64,000 nt of DNA from an uncultured archaeon. Its GTDB lineage: Archaea > Iainarchaeota > Iainarchaeia > Iainarchaeales > 1-14-0-10-31-34. Shown here one piece after another: positions 27,008-36,754 of this stretch (position 1 is the stretch's first letter; the number at the start of each line of letters is the position of its first letter). The stretch spans positions 1-64,000 of the forward strand of contig CAZSOZ010000002.1 in the NCBI GenBank assembly GCA_964608675.1, given 5' to 3'. A program made the translations under genes and the position numbers. The notes below the pieces were generated by a model that saw only the letters and a list, made by a program, of their open reading frames with translations, was not told the DNA's origin and did no database searches.

Positions 27008-28624
27008 ATGAAAAAATTAATGTTAATTGGATTAATTTTATTTGGATTGTTTTTAGCTGGATGCACTGAACCTCCTGTTAATCCTCAGGAAAAAACAGGT
27101 GTTTTAAAATTAAGCATTACAGATAAAAAAGTTGAAGGATTAGAAGAACTGCAGGTAACTATTTCTTCTGTTGAAATCCATAAAGCAGTACAAGAGCAGG
27201 AACAAGAAGAAAATCAAAATATGGATGAAAACTCTGATGAAAACATACAAGGAGAAAATCAAAACCAAAATTTTGAACAAGGAGAATGGATTTTGTTTTC
27301 TGAAACAGAAAAAACTTTTGATATAATGCAGTTGGATTCAACTCAAGGACTAAAGGACATTTTAGGTGAAAAAGAACTTGAAACAGGAAAATACACTCAA
27401 ATCCGTTTTACAGTAAAAGAAGTTAAAGCAGTAATTAATGGAGAAACAGTTAATGTAATGGTTCCTTCAGAAAAACTAAAAATTGTCAGGCCTTTTGAAG
27501 TAAAAGAAGGAGAAGAACTTGAATTAATAATTGATTTTTCTCCTGAATCAGTAATTCAATCAGGAAACACATATAAACTAAAGCCTGTGTTAAAGCTTTT
27601 AACAGAACAAGAATTCAAAAAAAGGCATCAAAACCAGCAGAACAATAACGGAAACCAGCAGGACGACAATCAAAATCAAATACAAAAAATGACTCAAGAA
27701 AAAGCATTAGAGTTAGCTCAAAACAGTGTCTGCACACAAAAAGGAACTTTAACACAAAAAACAAATTATAATGCAAACAGCAAAACATGGTGGATTGATT
27801 TAGAATTAAATGAACCTCAACAAGGATGCAGTCCAGCTTGTGTGGTTTCAGATGATGAATCAATTGAAATCAATTACAGATGTACCGGACTCCAGCAACA
27901 GGGAACAGGAACATTCACTTTGCTTTTGTCAGACAAAGAAGCAGATATTGAAGACTTTGAATCAGTAAATGTTTCTTTTGACAAAGCAAGAATTTTTATA
28001 CAGGATTCAAACACTGGATTCACTGAAGTAGACTTGAATGGAACAACAGTTGATTTAACTACTGTTATAGGAGAACTGGCTGTTCCTTTAGTAGAACTTA
28101 AATTGGATGCAGGAACTTACAATAAAATTGAATTGCACGTTTCTTCTGTTGAAGCAATTTTATTAGATGGAAACACTGCTAATGTTTTTGTTCCAAGCGG
28201 AAAACTTCAAATAGTTAAACCTTTCACTATTGATGCCAATTCAGAAACAAAATTTGTTTTTGACATTCAGATAGTCAGAAAAGGAATGACAAATGAATAT
28301 AATTTACTGCCAGTTATAGCCAAAAGCGGAGTAATAGGAAAAGACTTAAAAGAAAACGAAATACAAGAACAGGAACAAGAACAGGAGCAAGAGCAGGAAG
28401 GACAGGAATTAGAAGTTGATGATTCAACTTTTTTGGAAGATGAATGTGATGCAAACACTTCCTGCCTTGAAGGATATGAATGCGCTCAATTTCCAACAAT
28501 TGGATTAAAATGCTATCCAACTACAACTCAAGATCCCTGTGATTTTGTTACCTGTCTTGAAGGCCAAGAATGCGTTGTAGCTGAAAGTTATCCTGTTCAG
28601 GTAATATGCAGTGACACAAAATAA
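27008..28624 (+). CDS. Lipoprotein with two DUF4382-like domains, Q/N/E-rich linkers and Cys-rich modules
   Basis: LAGC; two copies of L.[IL][TS]DK...G.Y..I...VPS.KL.IV.PF...D...Y.L.PV; EQEQEQ tract. Confidence 0.8.
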   Translation: MKKLMLIGLILFGLFLAGCTEPPVNPQEKTGVLKLSITDKKVEGLEELQVTISSVEIHKAVQEQEQEENQNMDENSDENIQGENQNQNFEQGEWILFSETEKTFDIMQLDSTQGLKDILGEKELETGKYTQIRFTVKEVKAVINGETVNVMVPSEKLKIVRPFEVKEGEELELIIDFSPESVIQSGNTYKLKPVLKLLTEQEFKKRHQNQQNNNGNQQDDNQNQIQKMTQEKALELAQNSVCTQKGTLTQKTNYNANSKTWWIDLELNEPQQGCSPACVVSDDESIEINYRCTGLQQQGTGTFTLLLSDKEADIEDFESVNVSFDKARIFIQDSNTGFTEVDLNGTTVDLTTVIGELAVPLVELKLDAGTYNKIELHVSSVEAILLDGNTANVFVPSGKLQIVKPFTIDANSETKFVFDIQIVRKGMTNEYNLLPVIAKSGVIGKDLKENEIQEQEQEQEQEQEGQELEVDDSTFLEDECDANTSCLEGYECAQFPTIGLKCYPTTTQDPCDFVTCLEGQECVVAESYPVQVICSDTK

Positions 28625-28734
28625 TTAACAAAAAAAAGTAATTGGATGGAATAAAAAAATTCCATTCCTTTTTTTTTGCAGAATATTATTTTATTTTTTT
28701 TAATTCTTTCTAGTTTGTTTTTTTTTTTATTCTC

Positions 28735-29670
28735 TTATTTGTTTTCCCATTTTTCAATCAAATTTAACATTATAGCGTTTTGTGCCCATAACCTGTTTTC
28801 TGCTTGGTCAAATACAATTGATTGTTTTCCGTCAATTACTTCTGCTGTTTGTTCCATTCCTCTTATTGCAGGCAAACAATTCATAAAAATTGCATCTTCT
28901 TTTGCGTGCTTCATTAATTCTTCGTTTACTTGGAACGGCATAAATAATTTCATTCTTTTTTCTTTTTCTTCTTCCGGAATATGGTATGACATCCATGAAT
29001 CAGTGTAAATGACATCAGCATCTTTTACTGCTTCTTTGGCATCATGTAATACTTCAATTTTTGAGCCGGTTTCTTCAGCATTCTTTTTGGCTAATTCTAG
29101 TATGTCTTCTTGTGGCATGAATTCTTTTCCTTCAGGACAAGCAACACTTACATTCATTCCAACCATTGAACATCCAATTAACAGTGAATGAGTTACATTG
29201 TTGTTGCTGTCACCGCAGTAAGCTAGTTTAATGTCTTTATGTTTTCCTTTTTTTTCTTTGATTGTCTGCAGGTCAGCTGCAATCTGGCATGGATGATACT
29301 TGTTTGTTAATGCATTTATTACTGGAACATCTGCATGTTCTGCTAATACATCCAAATCCTCTTGCTTAAACAGTCTTGCCATAATAATATCCACATATCT
29401 TGAAGCGGCTTTTGCTGTGTCTTCAATTGATTCTTTTTTTCCTAGAGGAGAATCTTTAATTGAATAAAATATTGCATGGCCTCCCATTTTTGTCATTCCT
29501 GTTTCAAATGACACTCTTGTTCTCAATGAAGGCTTTTCAAATAACATCATCAAAGTTTTTCCTTTTAATGCTTTTTCAAATTTTTCCGGATTTTTTTTGA
29601 TTTCAATTCCCTTATCAATTATTTCAGTTAATTCTTCTTTTTTAAAGTCATTTAAGCTTCTTAAATGCAT
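28735..29670 (-). CDS. argF: Ornithine carbamoyltransferase
   Basis: FEKPSLRTRVSFE, HPCQ, YTDSWMS, NCLPA, DQAENRL. Confidence 0.95.
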   Translation of the reverse strand: MHLRSLNDFKKEELTEIIDKGIEIKKNPEKFEKALKGKTLMMLFEKPSLRTRVSFETGMTKMGGHAIFYSIKDSPLGKKESIEDTAKAASRYVDIIMARLFKQEDLDVLAEHADVPVINALTNKYHPCQIAADLQTIKEKKGKHKDIKLAYCGDSNNNVTHSLLIGCSMVGMNVSVACPEGKEFMPQEDILELAKKNAEETGSKIEVLHDAKEAVKDADVIYTDSWMSYHIPEEEKEKRMKLFMPFQVNEELMKHAKEDAIFMNCLPAIRGMEQTAEVIDGKQSIVFDQAENRLWAQNAIMLNLIEKWENK

Positions 29671-29782
29671 TAAACTACCCCCAGATTTTTTTTCCTTAAA
29701 ACTTTTTCTTTAAATCAAATTTTAAATGTTTTTGTTTAATTCTATATAATCTTTTAATGTATTTGATTTTAGGTGTTTTTTT

Positions 29783-30775
29783 TTGGGTAAAAAAAATGAT
29801 TTAATTGCAAGAAAAGCGGTTTTAAAGAAATCAGAAAATGCTTTTTTAAAAAATTTTCCTGTAATTAAAGGCCCTGATTTTAACAAAAAACTTTCTTTGA
29901 ATTCTTTAATTGATTCTTATTATAATATTGGGTTTCAGGCTTCAAATTTAGGGAAAGCAATAGAAATAATAAAAGAAATGAGGAAAGAAAACGCAGTAAT
30001 TTTTTTGGGTTTTTCTTCTAATATGGTTTCCTGCGGTTTAAGAGAAATAATTTCTTATCTTGTAAAAAACAAAATGGTTCATGTTCTTGTTACAACTGCA
30101 GGAGGAATTGAAGAAGATTTTCTTAAAACTTTGGGGGATTTTTATTTAGGAGATTTTCGTGCTTCAGGAGAAATTTTAAGAAATAAAGGAATCAACAGAA
30201 TAGGAAATGTTTTTGTTTCAAATGAACTTTATATTAAATTTGAAAAAATTCTTAATGAATTTTGGGGAGAAATTTATTTACGCCAAAAGAAAGAGAACAG
30301 AATTTTTACTCCAAGTGAAATAATTTTTGAGTTAGGAAAAAAAACCAAAGACAAGAATTCAATTTATTATTGGGCAACAAAAAATAATATTCCTGTTTTT
30401 TGTCCTGCAATAACTGATGGAGCAATAGGAGACAACATTTATTTTTTTAAACACAAAAAAAAAGATTTTGCAGTTGATTCAACTTCAGACATAGTTAAAT
30501 TAAATAATCTGGCTGTTAACGCAAAAAAAACAGGAATAATTTTATTGGGTGCAGGAATAATAAAACATCATGTATGCAACGCAAATTTATTTAGAGATGG
30601 AGCAGAATATGCAGTTTACATTAACACTGAACCAGAATACAATGGCTGTGATTCAGGTTCATTGCCTGAAGAAGCAGTTTCATGGGGAAAAATTAAACCA
30701 AAAGGAAAAAGAATTAAAGTTTACACAGATGCAACTCTTGCATTTCCTTTAATTGCAGCAAAAGCATTTAAATAA
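29783..30775 (+). CDS. dys: Deoxyhypusine synthase
   Basis: GFQASNL, TTAGGIEED, NRIGNV, PAITDG, DSGSLPEEAVSWGK. Confidence 0.95.
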   Translation: MGKKNDLIARKAVLKKSENAFLKNFPVIKGPDFNKKLSLNSLIDSYYNIGFQASNLGKAIEIIKEMRKENAVIFLGFSSNMVSCGLREIISYLVKNKMVHVLVTTAGGIEEDFLKTLGDFYLGDFRASGEILRNKGINRIGNVFVSNELYIKFEKILNEFWGEIYLRQKKENRIFTPSEIIFELGKKTKDKNSIYYWATKNNIPVFCPAITDGAIGDNIYFFKHKKKDFAVDSTSDIVKLNNLAVNAKKTGIILLGAGIIKHHVCNANLFRDGAEYAVYINTEPEYNGCDSGSLPEEAVSWGKIKPKGKRIKVYTDATLAFPLIAAKAFK

Positions 30776-30787
30776 AAAATTTAAAAA

Positions 30788-31783
30788 TCAAATTTTCATC
30801 ATATAACCAATTGCCTTTCCTGCTTTTAAAATTACTTTTTCAGGCAGTTCAATTACCTGTTCTTTTTCAGGTTTCCTTATCACTTGCAGAATTAACTCTA
30901 AAGTGTTTTTTTTCATATAAGGGCATAATTCACAGCTTCCAACAAAATTTTTCTGCATTAACTCCACTCTCATTCTGTCACTTAAACCGCATTCTGTTAC
31001 CATCATAAAACTTTTTGCTTTATTCATTTTAGCGTAATTAATCATTCCATTTGTTCCTCCGGCAAAATCAGCTAATCCAACAACTGACGGATTGCATTCA
31101 GTGTGCACTAAAATTTTTGTTTCAGGAAACCTTTTTTTCACTTCCTTTATTTGTTTTGCATTAAACTCTTTGTGGACAACACACAATCCATTCCAAGGAA
31201 TAATTCTTTTGTCTGTTAAATTCTGAACATTTTCTGCCATTAATTTATCCGGCAAAAAAATTATTGTATTTTCTTTAAAGCTTTCCACTACTTTTAATGC
31301 ATTAGCTGAAGTACAGCAAGCAGTGCATTCAGCTTTAACTTCAGCAGAAGTATTCACATAACATACTACTGGAACATCAGGATATTTTTCTTTGATTTTT
31401 TTTACGTCTTCTGCTGTAATTGATTCTGAAAGCGAACACCCTGCTTCAGTTGACGGAAGCAAAACAGTTTTTTTTGGAGACAAAATTTTTGCTGTTTCAG
31501 CCATGAACTTTACTCCGGCAAAAACAATTATTTCAGCTGTAGTTTTTGCAGCCATTTTACTTAGTTCAAGTGAATCTCCAACAAAGTCTGCTACTCCATA
31601 AATGATGTCTGGAGTCTGATAGCTGTGAGCCAGAATAATCGCATTTTTTTCTTTTTTTATTCTGTTAATCTCTAATGTAAGTGGAGCTAAAGCATTACAG
31701 TCATCTTCGCTGAACTTTACTTTTTTCAGTTTTGTGTAAAGTCTTTCAGCCTCTTTTTTCACTTCTTCTTCAGTGTAATCCAT
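30788..31783 (-). CDS. nadA: Quinolinate synthase
   Basis: ILAHSYQ, GDSLEL, GVKFMAETAKIL, AGCSL, YVNTSA, CVVH, HTEC, CPYMK. Confidence 0.95.
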   Translation of the reverse strand: MDYTEEEVKKEAERLYTKLKKVKFSEDDCNALAPLTLEINRIKKEKNAIILAHSYQTPDIIYGVADFVGDSLELSKMAAKTTAEIIVFAGVKFMAETAKILSPKKTVLLPSTEAGCSLSESITAEDVKKIKEKYPDVPVVCYVNTSAEVKAECTACCTSANALKVVESFKENTIIFLPDKLMAENVQNLTDKRIIPWNGLCVVHKEFNAKQIKEVKKRFPETKILVHTECNPSVVGLADFAGGTNGMINYAKMNKAKSFMMVTECGLSDRMRVELMQKNFVGSCELCPYMKKNTLELILQVIRKPEKEQVIELPEKVILKAGKAIGYMMKI

Positions 31784-31856
31784 AAAAACATTTTATTCCG
31801 TGAACTTTTAAAACATACTTCGCTCATACAAAGTATGATAAAATCAGTTAATCAGT

Positions 31857-32021
31857 TCAAAGCCATTTTTGTTTTTTCTTTTTTTCTCTTTCAAATTTTT
31901 TTATTTCTTTTTCTCAGTAATCAAACATTTCCTTGTTTTTAGCTGTTTTCTGCTTTTCCTTGTGTTCTGAAATCCTTTTGTCAAATGATTCAATGGCTTT
32001 CAAGTACTTTTTTTTGCTCAT
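31857..32021 (-). pseudogene. Small Lys/Glu-rich helical protein with in-frame TGA
   Basis: ATG overlaps upstream stop (ATGA); MSKKKYLKAIESFDKRISEHKEK...FDY*EKEIKKFEREKKKKQKWL*. Confidence 0.5.
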
Positions 32022-32830
32022 TTTTTCGCCATTTCTTCTGTTTTTATGAACTCTATTTTCGCTGCGTCAAATAATTCTTCTGCTTCACTCAAAAGAATTG
32101 AATGAACTGCTTTCTTTTCGTCTCTTTCAGCCCTGTAAACACCAAAAAATTCTTCAACTTTTTTTTCTTTAAATCCGTGACTTTTAATCACTTCCTTAAC
32201 CCCTTTGTTTGAGAATTCCTTGTTTTTTAGATAGCATTGCAGTAAGTAAAGCCCTTTTAACCTCAGAATAAGAGAATAAACAACTGCATTGGAATCCAGA
32301 TGCTTTTTTCCTCTTTTTTTTCCTGCTTTAATTAATTCTTTAACATTCTTGAAAGCAGTTAAGGTAGAAGAAAAAAATTCATTAAAATCAGGCTTAACTT
32401 TTTCTTTTTTTAATTCTTCCAAAAGAGATTTATTAAAAACAGGTTTTGCTTCCCTTAAAATCTGATGCAAAAACAGAGTTGAATCCTTTTTTAATCCATC
32501 CAAAAACTCTTTTTTTGTTTTAACCAGAAAATCAAACCTTCCTTTTTTCTTTAAATCAATTTTTTTGTCTGAAATAACCAGTAAATCTATATCTGATTCC
32601 TTTGTTTGTTCTTTTCTTGCAAAGCTTCCAAAAAGGTAAATCCCCTGGATTTCGCTGAAAAAAGGCTTAAGCAATTCCATTACTTCTCCTTTTACATCTA
32701 AAGGCTTTTCCTCTAAAACCACAAGAACTTTTTTTCCAATCCATTTTTTTGGAGTATACACAATGCTTCCGTTCCCAAAAGGAACAACCTCTTTTTTCAC
32801 TTCCTCCAAAACATTAATTGTTCTAATCAT
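32018..32830 (-). CDS. DUF2080-like DNA-binding domain, minimal nucleotidyltransferase (MNT) and helical (HEPN-like) C-terminus
   Basis: VVPFGNGSIVYTPKKWIGKKV; IYLFGSFARKEQTKESDIDLLVI. Confidence 0.8.
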   Translation of the reverse strand: MIRTINVLEEVKKEVVPFGNGSIVYTPKKWIGKKVLVVLEEKPLDVKGEVMELLKPFFSEIQGIYLFGSFARKEQTKESDIDLLVISDKKIDLKKKGRFDFLVKTKKEFLDGLKKDSTLFLHQILREAKPVFNKSLLEELKKEKVKPDFNEFFSSTLTAFKNVKELIKAGKKRGKKHLDSNAVVYSLILRLKGLYLLQCYLKNKEFSNKGVKEVIKSHGFKEKKVEEFFGVYRAERDEKKAVHSILLSEAEELFDAAKIEFIKTEEMAKK

Positions 32831-32849
32831 AGTATATACAAGTATATAC
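32831..32849. promoter_or_regulatory. Putative autoregulatory operator
   Basis: Tandem palindromes AGTATATAC-A-AGTATATAC directly upstream of the start codon. Confidence 0.45.
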
Positions 32850-33120
32850 CAAATTGTTTTTAAATCTTCTCCTGTTTAACCTGTCATAAATTAGCATAAA
32901 AATCTTTTCCAAAGGCAATCAGCGAAATGCCAGTTAATTGATTGGAGTAAGTTTAGGCTCCTTGAAAAATTTATAAGTATATCATTATACTGATATATTT
33001 TGTCTAATTTTATATCAGTTTAATGAAGAAGTTTTTTAAAGCTTTAAGTTAATTAAATCTGCTGATGGCTTGCCTAAAAATAATTTTGAAAAAAAAGATG
33101 TTCGACTGAAAGTCGTGCGT

Positions 33121-33152
33121 TTTTTGTTCAACCTTTTTTTGTAAAAAGGTTG
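33121..33152. repeat. AT-rich hairpin repeat (family B) after the 23S processing stem
   Basis: TTTTTGTT-CAACCTTTTT-TTGT-AAAAAGGTTG. Confidence 0.65.
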
Positions 33153-33180
33153 GTTAACGCATTGGAAAGTCAAATGATTA

Positions 33181-36163
33181 TAAAGAGCTCTTGAGTTTTT
33201 AGTAACAGTCAACTTAACATGTCGCCGTAGCTTCATGCTTACATTTCTGTCCTATCAAACCAGTGTTCTACTGGAACTCTCACTCCTATTCCTTTTGCCC
33301 CGCAAGACAAAAGTCGTCAGAGATGACTGACTCTTTTCAGGGACCGTTTCAAGCTTAGATGCTTTCAGCTTTTATCGGTTCCGGCGTGGCTACCCAGCAA
33401 CTGCCTTGTCAGACAACTGGTACACTAGAGGCCAGGACTCCACGTTCCTCTCGTACTTATGGAATCTTCCCCTCAGTCAATCGACATGTCCGATAGATAG
33501 GATCCAAACTGGCTCGCACCGTTCTTAACCCAACTAACGTAAGGCTTTAATGAGTTAACACCTCCACCCTTGGCAGCTTATGCACTGCCAGGATGCCTTG
33601 AGACGACGGCGAGGTCGCAAACCGCGGGGTCGATATGAGCTCTTGCCCGCGACCACTCAATTACCCCCAAGATAAGTTCACTGTTAGACTAGGCCCCCAT
33701 TAACAGGGACACTAGCGTTCGCTAGACCCATCTTTCGATTCGGCTTTACTTGCTGTGCGTAAAACCGTCAAGCGTGCTTTTGGTCTTACCCTCTATGGAG
33801 AATTTCTGACTCTCCTGAGCACACCTTTGGGCACCCCTGATACCCTTTCAGGGGTGTACCGCCCCAGTCCAACTACCCATCTAATGCTGTCCTCTTTCAA
33901 GTTAGAAGTATGCTTTCCTAAGGATGGTGTTACATTGACGTCTCCACAATTCCTGACGAAACTGCTTCGAAGACTACCATCTACTCTGTACATAGAAAAC
34001 CATACCACAACATCAAACTGTAGTAAACCTCTGTGGGGTCTTCTCTTCCCATCGGACATTCGAGGCATATTCACCTCGCAGTGAGTTCATTGGGCCCAAA
34101 TTAGGGACAGTGGGAATCTCGTTACTTCATTGGTGCAAGCCGGCATTAAACCGGCAAGGTATTACGCTACCGTGAGAGCCTCAGAGTTAGGCCCGCTCTT
34201 CACCAGCGCTTAGCTCCATTGAACTGAAGTTTAACGTACTGGCAGTGAGCAGAAGTCAGCCTCTATACAAACCATTACTGGCTAGCAGAGACCTGTGTTT
34301 TTGTTAAACAGTCGGACTCCCTTTGTCATTGAAACCTGCAATTTACTCAATCGCAGGCACCCCTTATACCTAAGATACAGGGCTAATTTGCCGAATTCCC
34401 TTAATTTGGTTCTCCCAACACGCCTAGGCCTTTTCAGCCAGGGGCACTCTTCCTAGTTCTTGGTACGGTTACATGAAATCCATTTTAGTTCCCTTTTTAC
34501 GAAACCCAGGCCTCAATTAAAGGTTTCCCCTATTTCTAAATTTAATCTGTTTCTCACCATTACAGTTCTCCACAGATTTATTTTAGTTGAATGCACAGAC
34601 AAATGCACTTAATTTAGCCTGAGCTGTTAGAAACTAAACTATCGTTGCCGAAAGTATTCATGCAGTACAGGAATATGAACCTGTTTCCCTTTCGTTCACG
34701 TCGATTTACGAGTGACCTTAGGACCGACTAACCCTTAGCTAATGATTAGCGCTAAGGAACCCTAGCCCATTCGGCGGAAAGAATTCTCATCTTTCTATTG
34801 TTATTACTAGCGCGAGGATCCATATTCATAATAGATCCACAAGAAATTTCTCTCTTGCTTCTACTCTACTATGACACCCCCCTACTCCATTTATTCTTAC
34901 GAATAAGGATATGGTATCGGCAGCTGGTTTTAGCCCAGTGAATTTTCAAGACCTTTATTCTAGGTAGGTGAGCTGTTACGCACTCTTTAAAGGATGGCTG
35001 CTTCTAAGCAAACCTCCCTACTGTATTAGAATAAAGATACTTTTCGTATTTACACTTAACCAGCATTTGTGGGCCTTAACCATATTTCAGGTTGTTCCCT
35101 TCTTGGAACAAGGGCTTACCCCTTGCCCCCTACTCCGGCCTTCAAAGACATTTATAGATTTGGAGTTTGACGAAAAAGCTGGAAGTTTCCAACCAGTACT
35201 TTCTAATCAGTATCTCGACACCATAAATTATCTCCAGCCAGGCTAGCCTTAGGGCTAATTCGAGAGGAGCCCGCTATGGCCGCGTTCGATGAGCATTTAA
35301 CTACCACTCCCAGATCACCAAAGTAGATAGACTAACACTTGTTGCGAACCTCCACCATCCGGTAGGACGGCTTCATTCTGTCCAGGAGTAACTCACGCGG
35401 ATTCGGGTTTTGCCCCAGTGACTAAAGCAGTTTAATACTTTCAATCTCATCTAAAAGACTGCATTGACTCGCTTTCGCTGTGATTTCAAGGTTAAACCTT
35501 TTAATCTCGCCACAGAGACAATCTCCCTCGCTCGTGATTCAAGACGAACGATATAACGCTGATCAAATTCCTTCGGCAGCAATTTTTCAATTACCTCCTT
35601 TAGGAATCATCTTTTCTTTAACGCTATATCTTGCTGTAACCAGTTAGTTTCAAGCGCTTTTAACCCCCTGTCAAGGGTACTTTTCAACTTTCCTTCGCAG
35701 TACTAGTATGCTATCGGTCTTGAGTAGTATTTAGAATTGGAAGTTAATGCCTCCCAAGTTCACGCGCAATATTCAATGCACGCTACTCTTGAAAACGAAA
35801 AATCATCCTTTTAAATTTTTTATTTACGAGGCTATCACTCTCTATGGCACTGCTTTCCAGCAGACTTCAATTAAATTTTAAGGATGTAAATCGCTCAACA
35901 CCACATCTCCTTAATATTACTATTAAGGATTCAGTTTGTTCTCTTCTGCCTTCGATCGACTCTAATAACAGAATCATATTCATTTTCTTTTCCTTCAGGT
36001 ACTAAGATGATTCAGTTCCCTGAGTATGCCTTTCCTTTCGGAATAATTCAGGAATCCCTGGCTCAAAGATTGCATTGCATCTCCCCAAGGCTTATCGCAG
36101 CTTGCCACGCCCTTCATCAGCACTCAAGCCTAGTTATCCACTAACTGGCGTAATAACTCTTTA
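33181..36163 (-). rRNA. rrl: 23S rRNA (ends approximate)
   Basis: Sarcin-ricin loop AGTACGAGAGGAAC and peptidyl-transferase motifs; flanking inverted repeat 33152-33187/36157-36192 forms the processing stem. Confidence 0.97.
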
Positions 36164-36389
36164 TATCCGATTGACTTTCCAATGCATCAACCGTCACGCC
36201 CGGTTGACGTGCGCGCAGTATCTTCGCTTTCGCTCGATACAGCTTACTCGCCAATGGCCGTTTATAACGATTGCTTCCCCCAAGAAAAAACTCCTGGAGT
36301 GCGTTAACATCACAATAATTTTGTGAACATGATTTTAGTTTGAATTTCAATTTATTTTTTCGTTATTTGAATTCCAAACCAAATTTATC

Positions 36390-36447
36390 AGAAACTTTTC
36401 GAAGAAAAGTTTCTTTTTTTTGATACAACTTTTTTAAAAAAAGTTGT
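36390..36447. repeat. Tandem AT-rich hairpins (family B) 3' of the spacer tRNA-Ala
   Basis: AGAAACTTTTC-GAA-GAAAAGTTTCT and ACAACTTTTTT-A-AAAAAAGTTGT. Confidence 0.65.
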
Positions 36448-36448
36448 T

Positions 36449-36522
36449 TGGACTCAACGGGATTCGAACCCGTGGCCTCCTGGTTGCAAACCAGGCGCTC
36501 TACCAAGCTGAGCTATGAGCCC
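36449..36522 (-). tRNA. tRNA-Ala(TGC), 16S-23S spacer
   Basis: GGGCTCA/TGAGTCC-A, CCTGG-TT-TGC-AA-CCAGG. Confidence 0.96.
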
Positions 36523-36754
36523 AAAAAGCTGTCACGTCCAGCTTGCATACGGGTACAATCTTCGCTTAAGCCTTTGCAAGCAAACGCTTGCGAAAACAAG
36601 GGATGAATCCCTCCAGCTCGATTGAGCTGTTATCCAGCTTTGTCCATTAAAAAAAAATTGCAGTAAATGAACCTTAAAAAAGGCAAATTTTTTTTGAACC
36701 TGTTTTGGTTCCGATACTTCCAAAAGAAATACCGGAACCTTAGGTTCTAATTGA

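Noticed and set aside
28360-28405. GAACAG/GAACAA tandem repeat
   Set aside because: Encodes an EQ low-complexity linker inside a CDS
31914-31916. In-frame TGA as evidence of stop-codon reassignment
   Set aside because: Conserved genes (pepA, nadA, hisF, long RSH) end properly at TGA and Trp is encoded by TGG; a point mutation is simpler
32018-32830. Mobile element call from the 'transposon-encoded' DUF2080-like domain
   Set aside because: No transposase, integrase, terminal inverted repeats or target duplication visible
32850-33150. Searched for 5S rRNA downstream of 23S
   Set aside because: AT-rich sequence with no 5S motifs; 5S must be elsewhere
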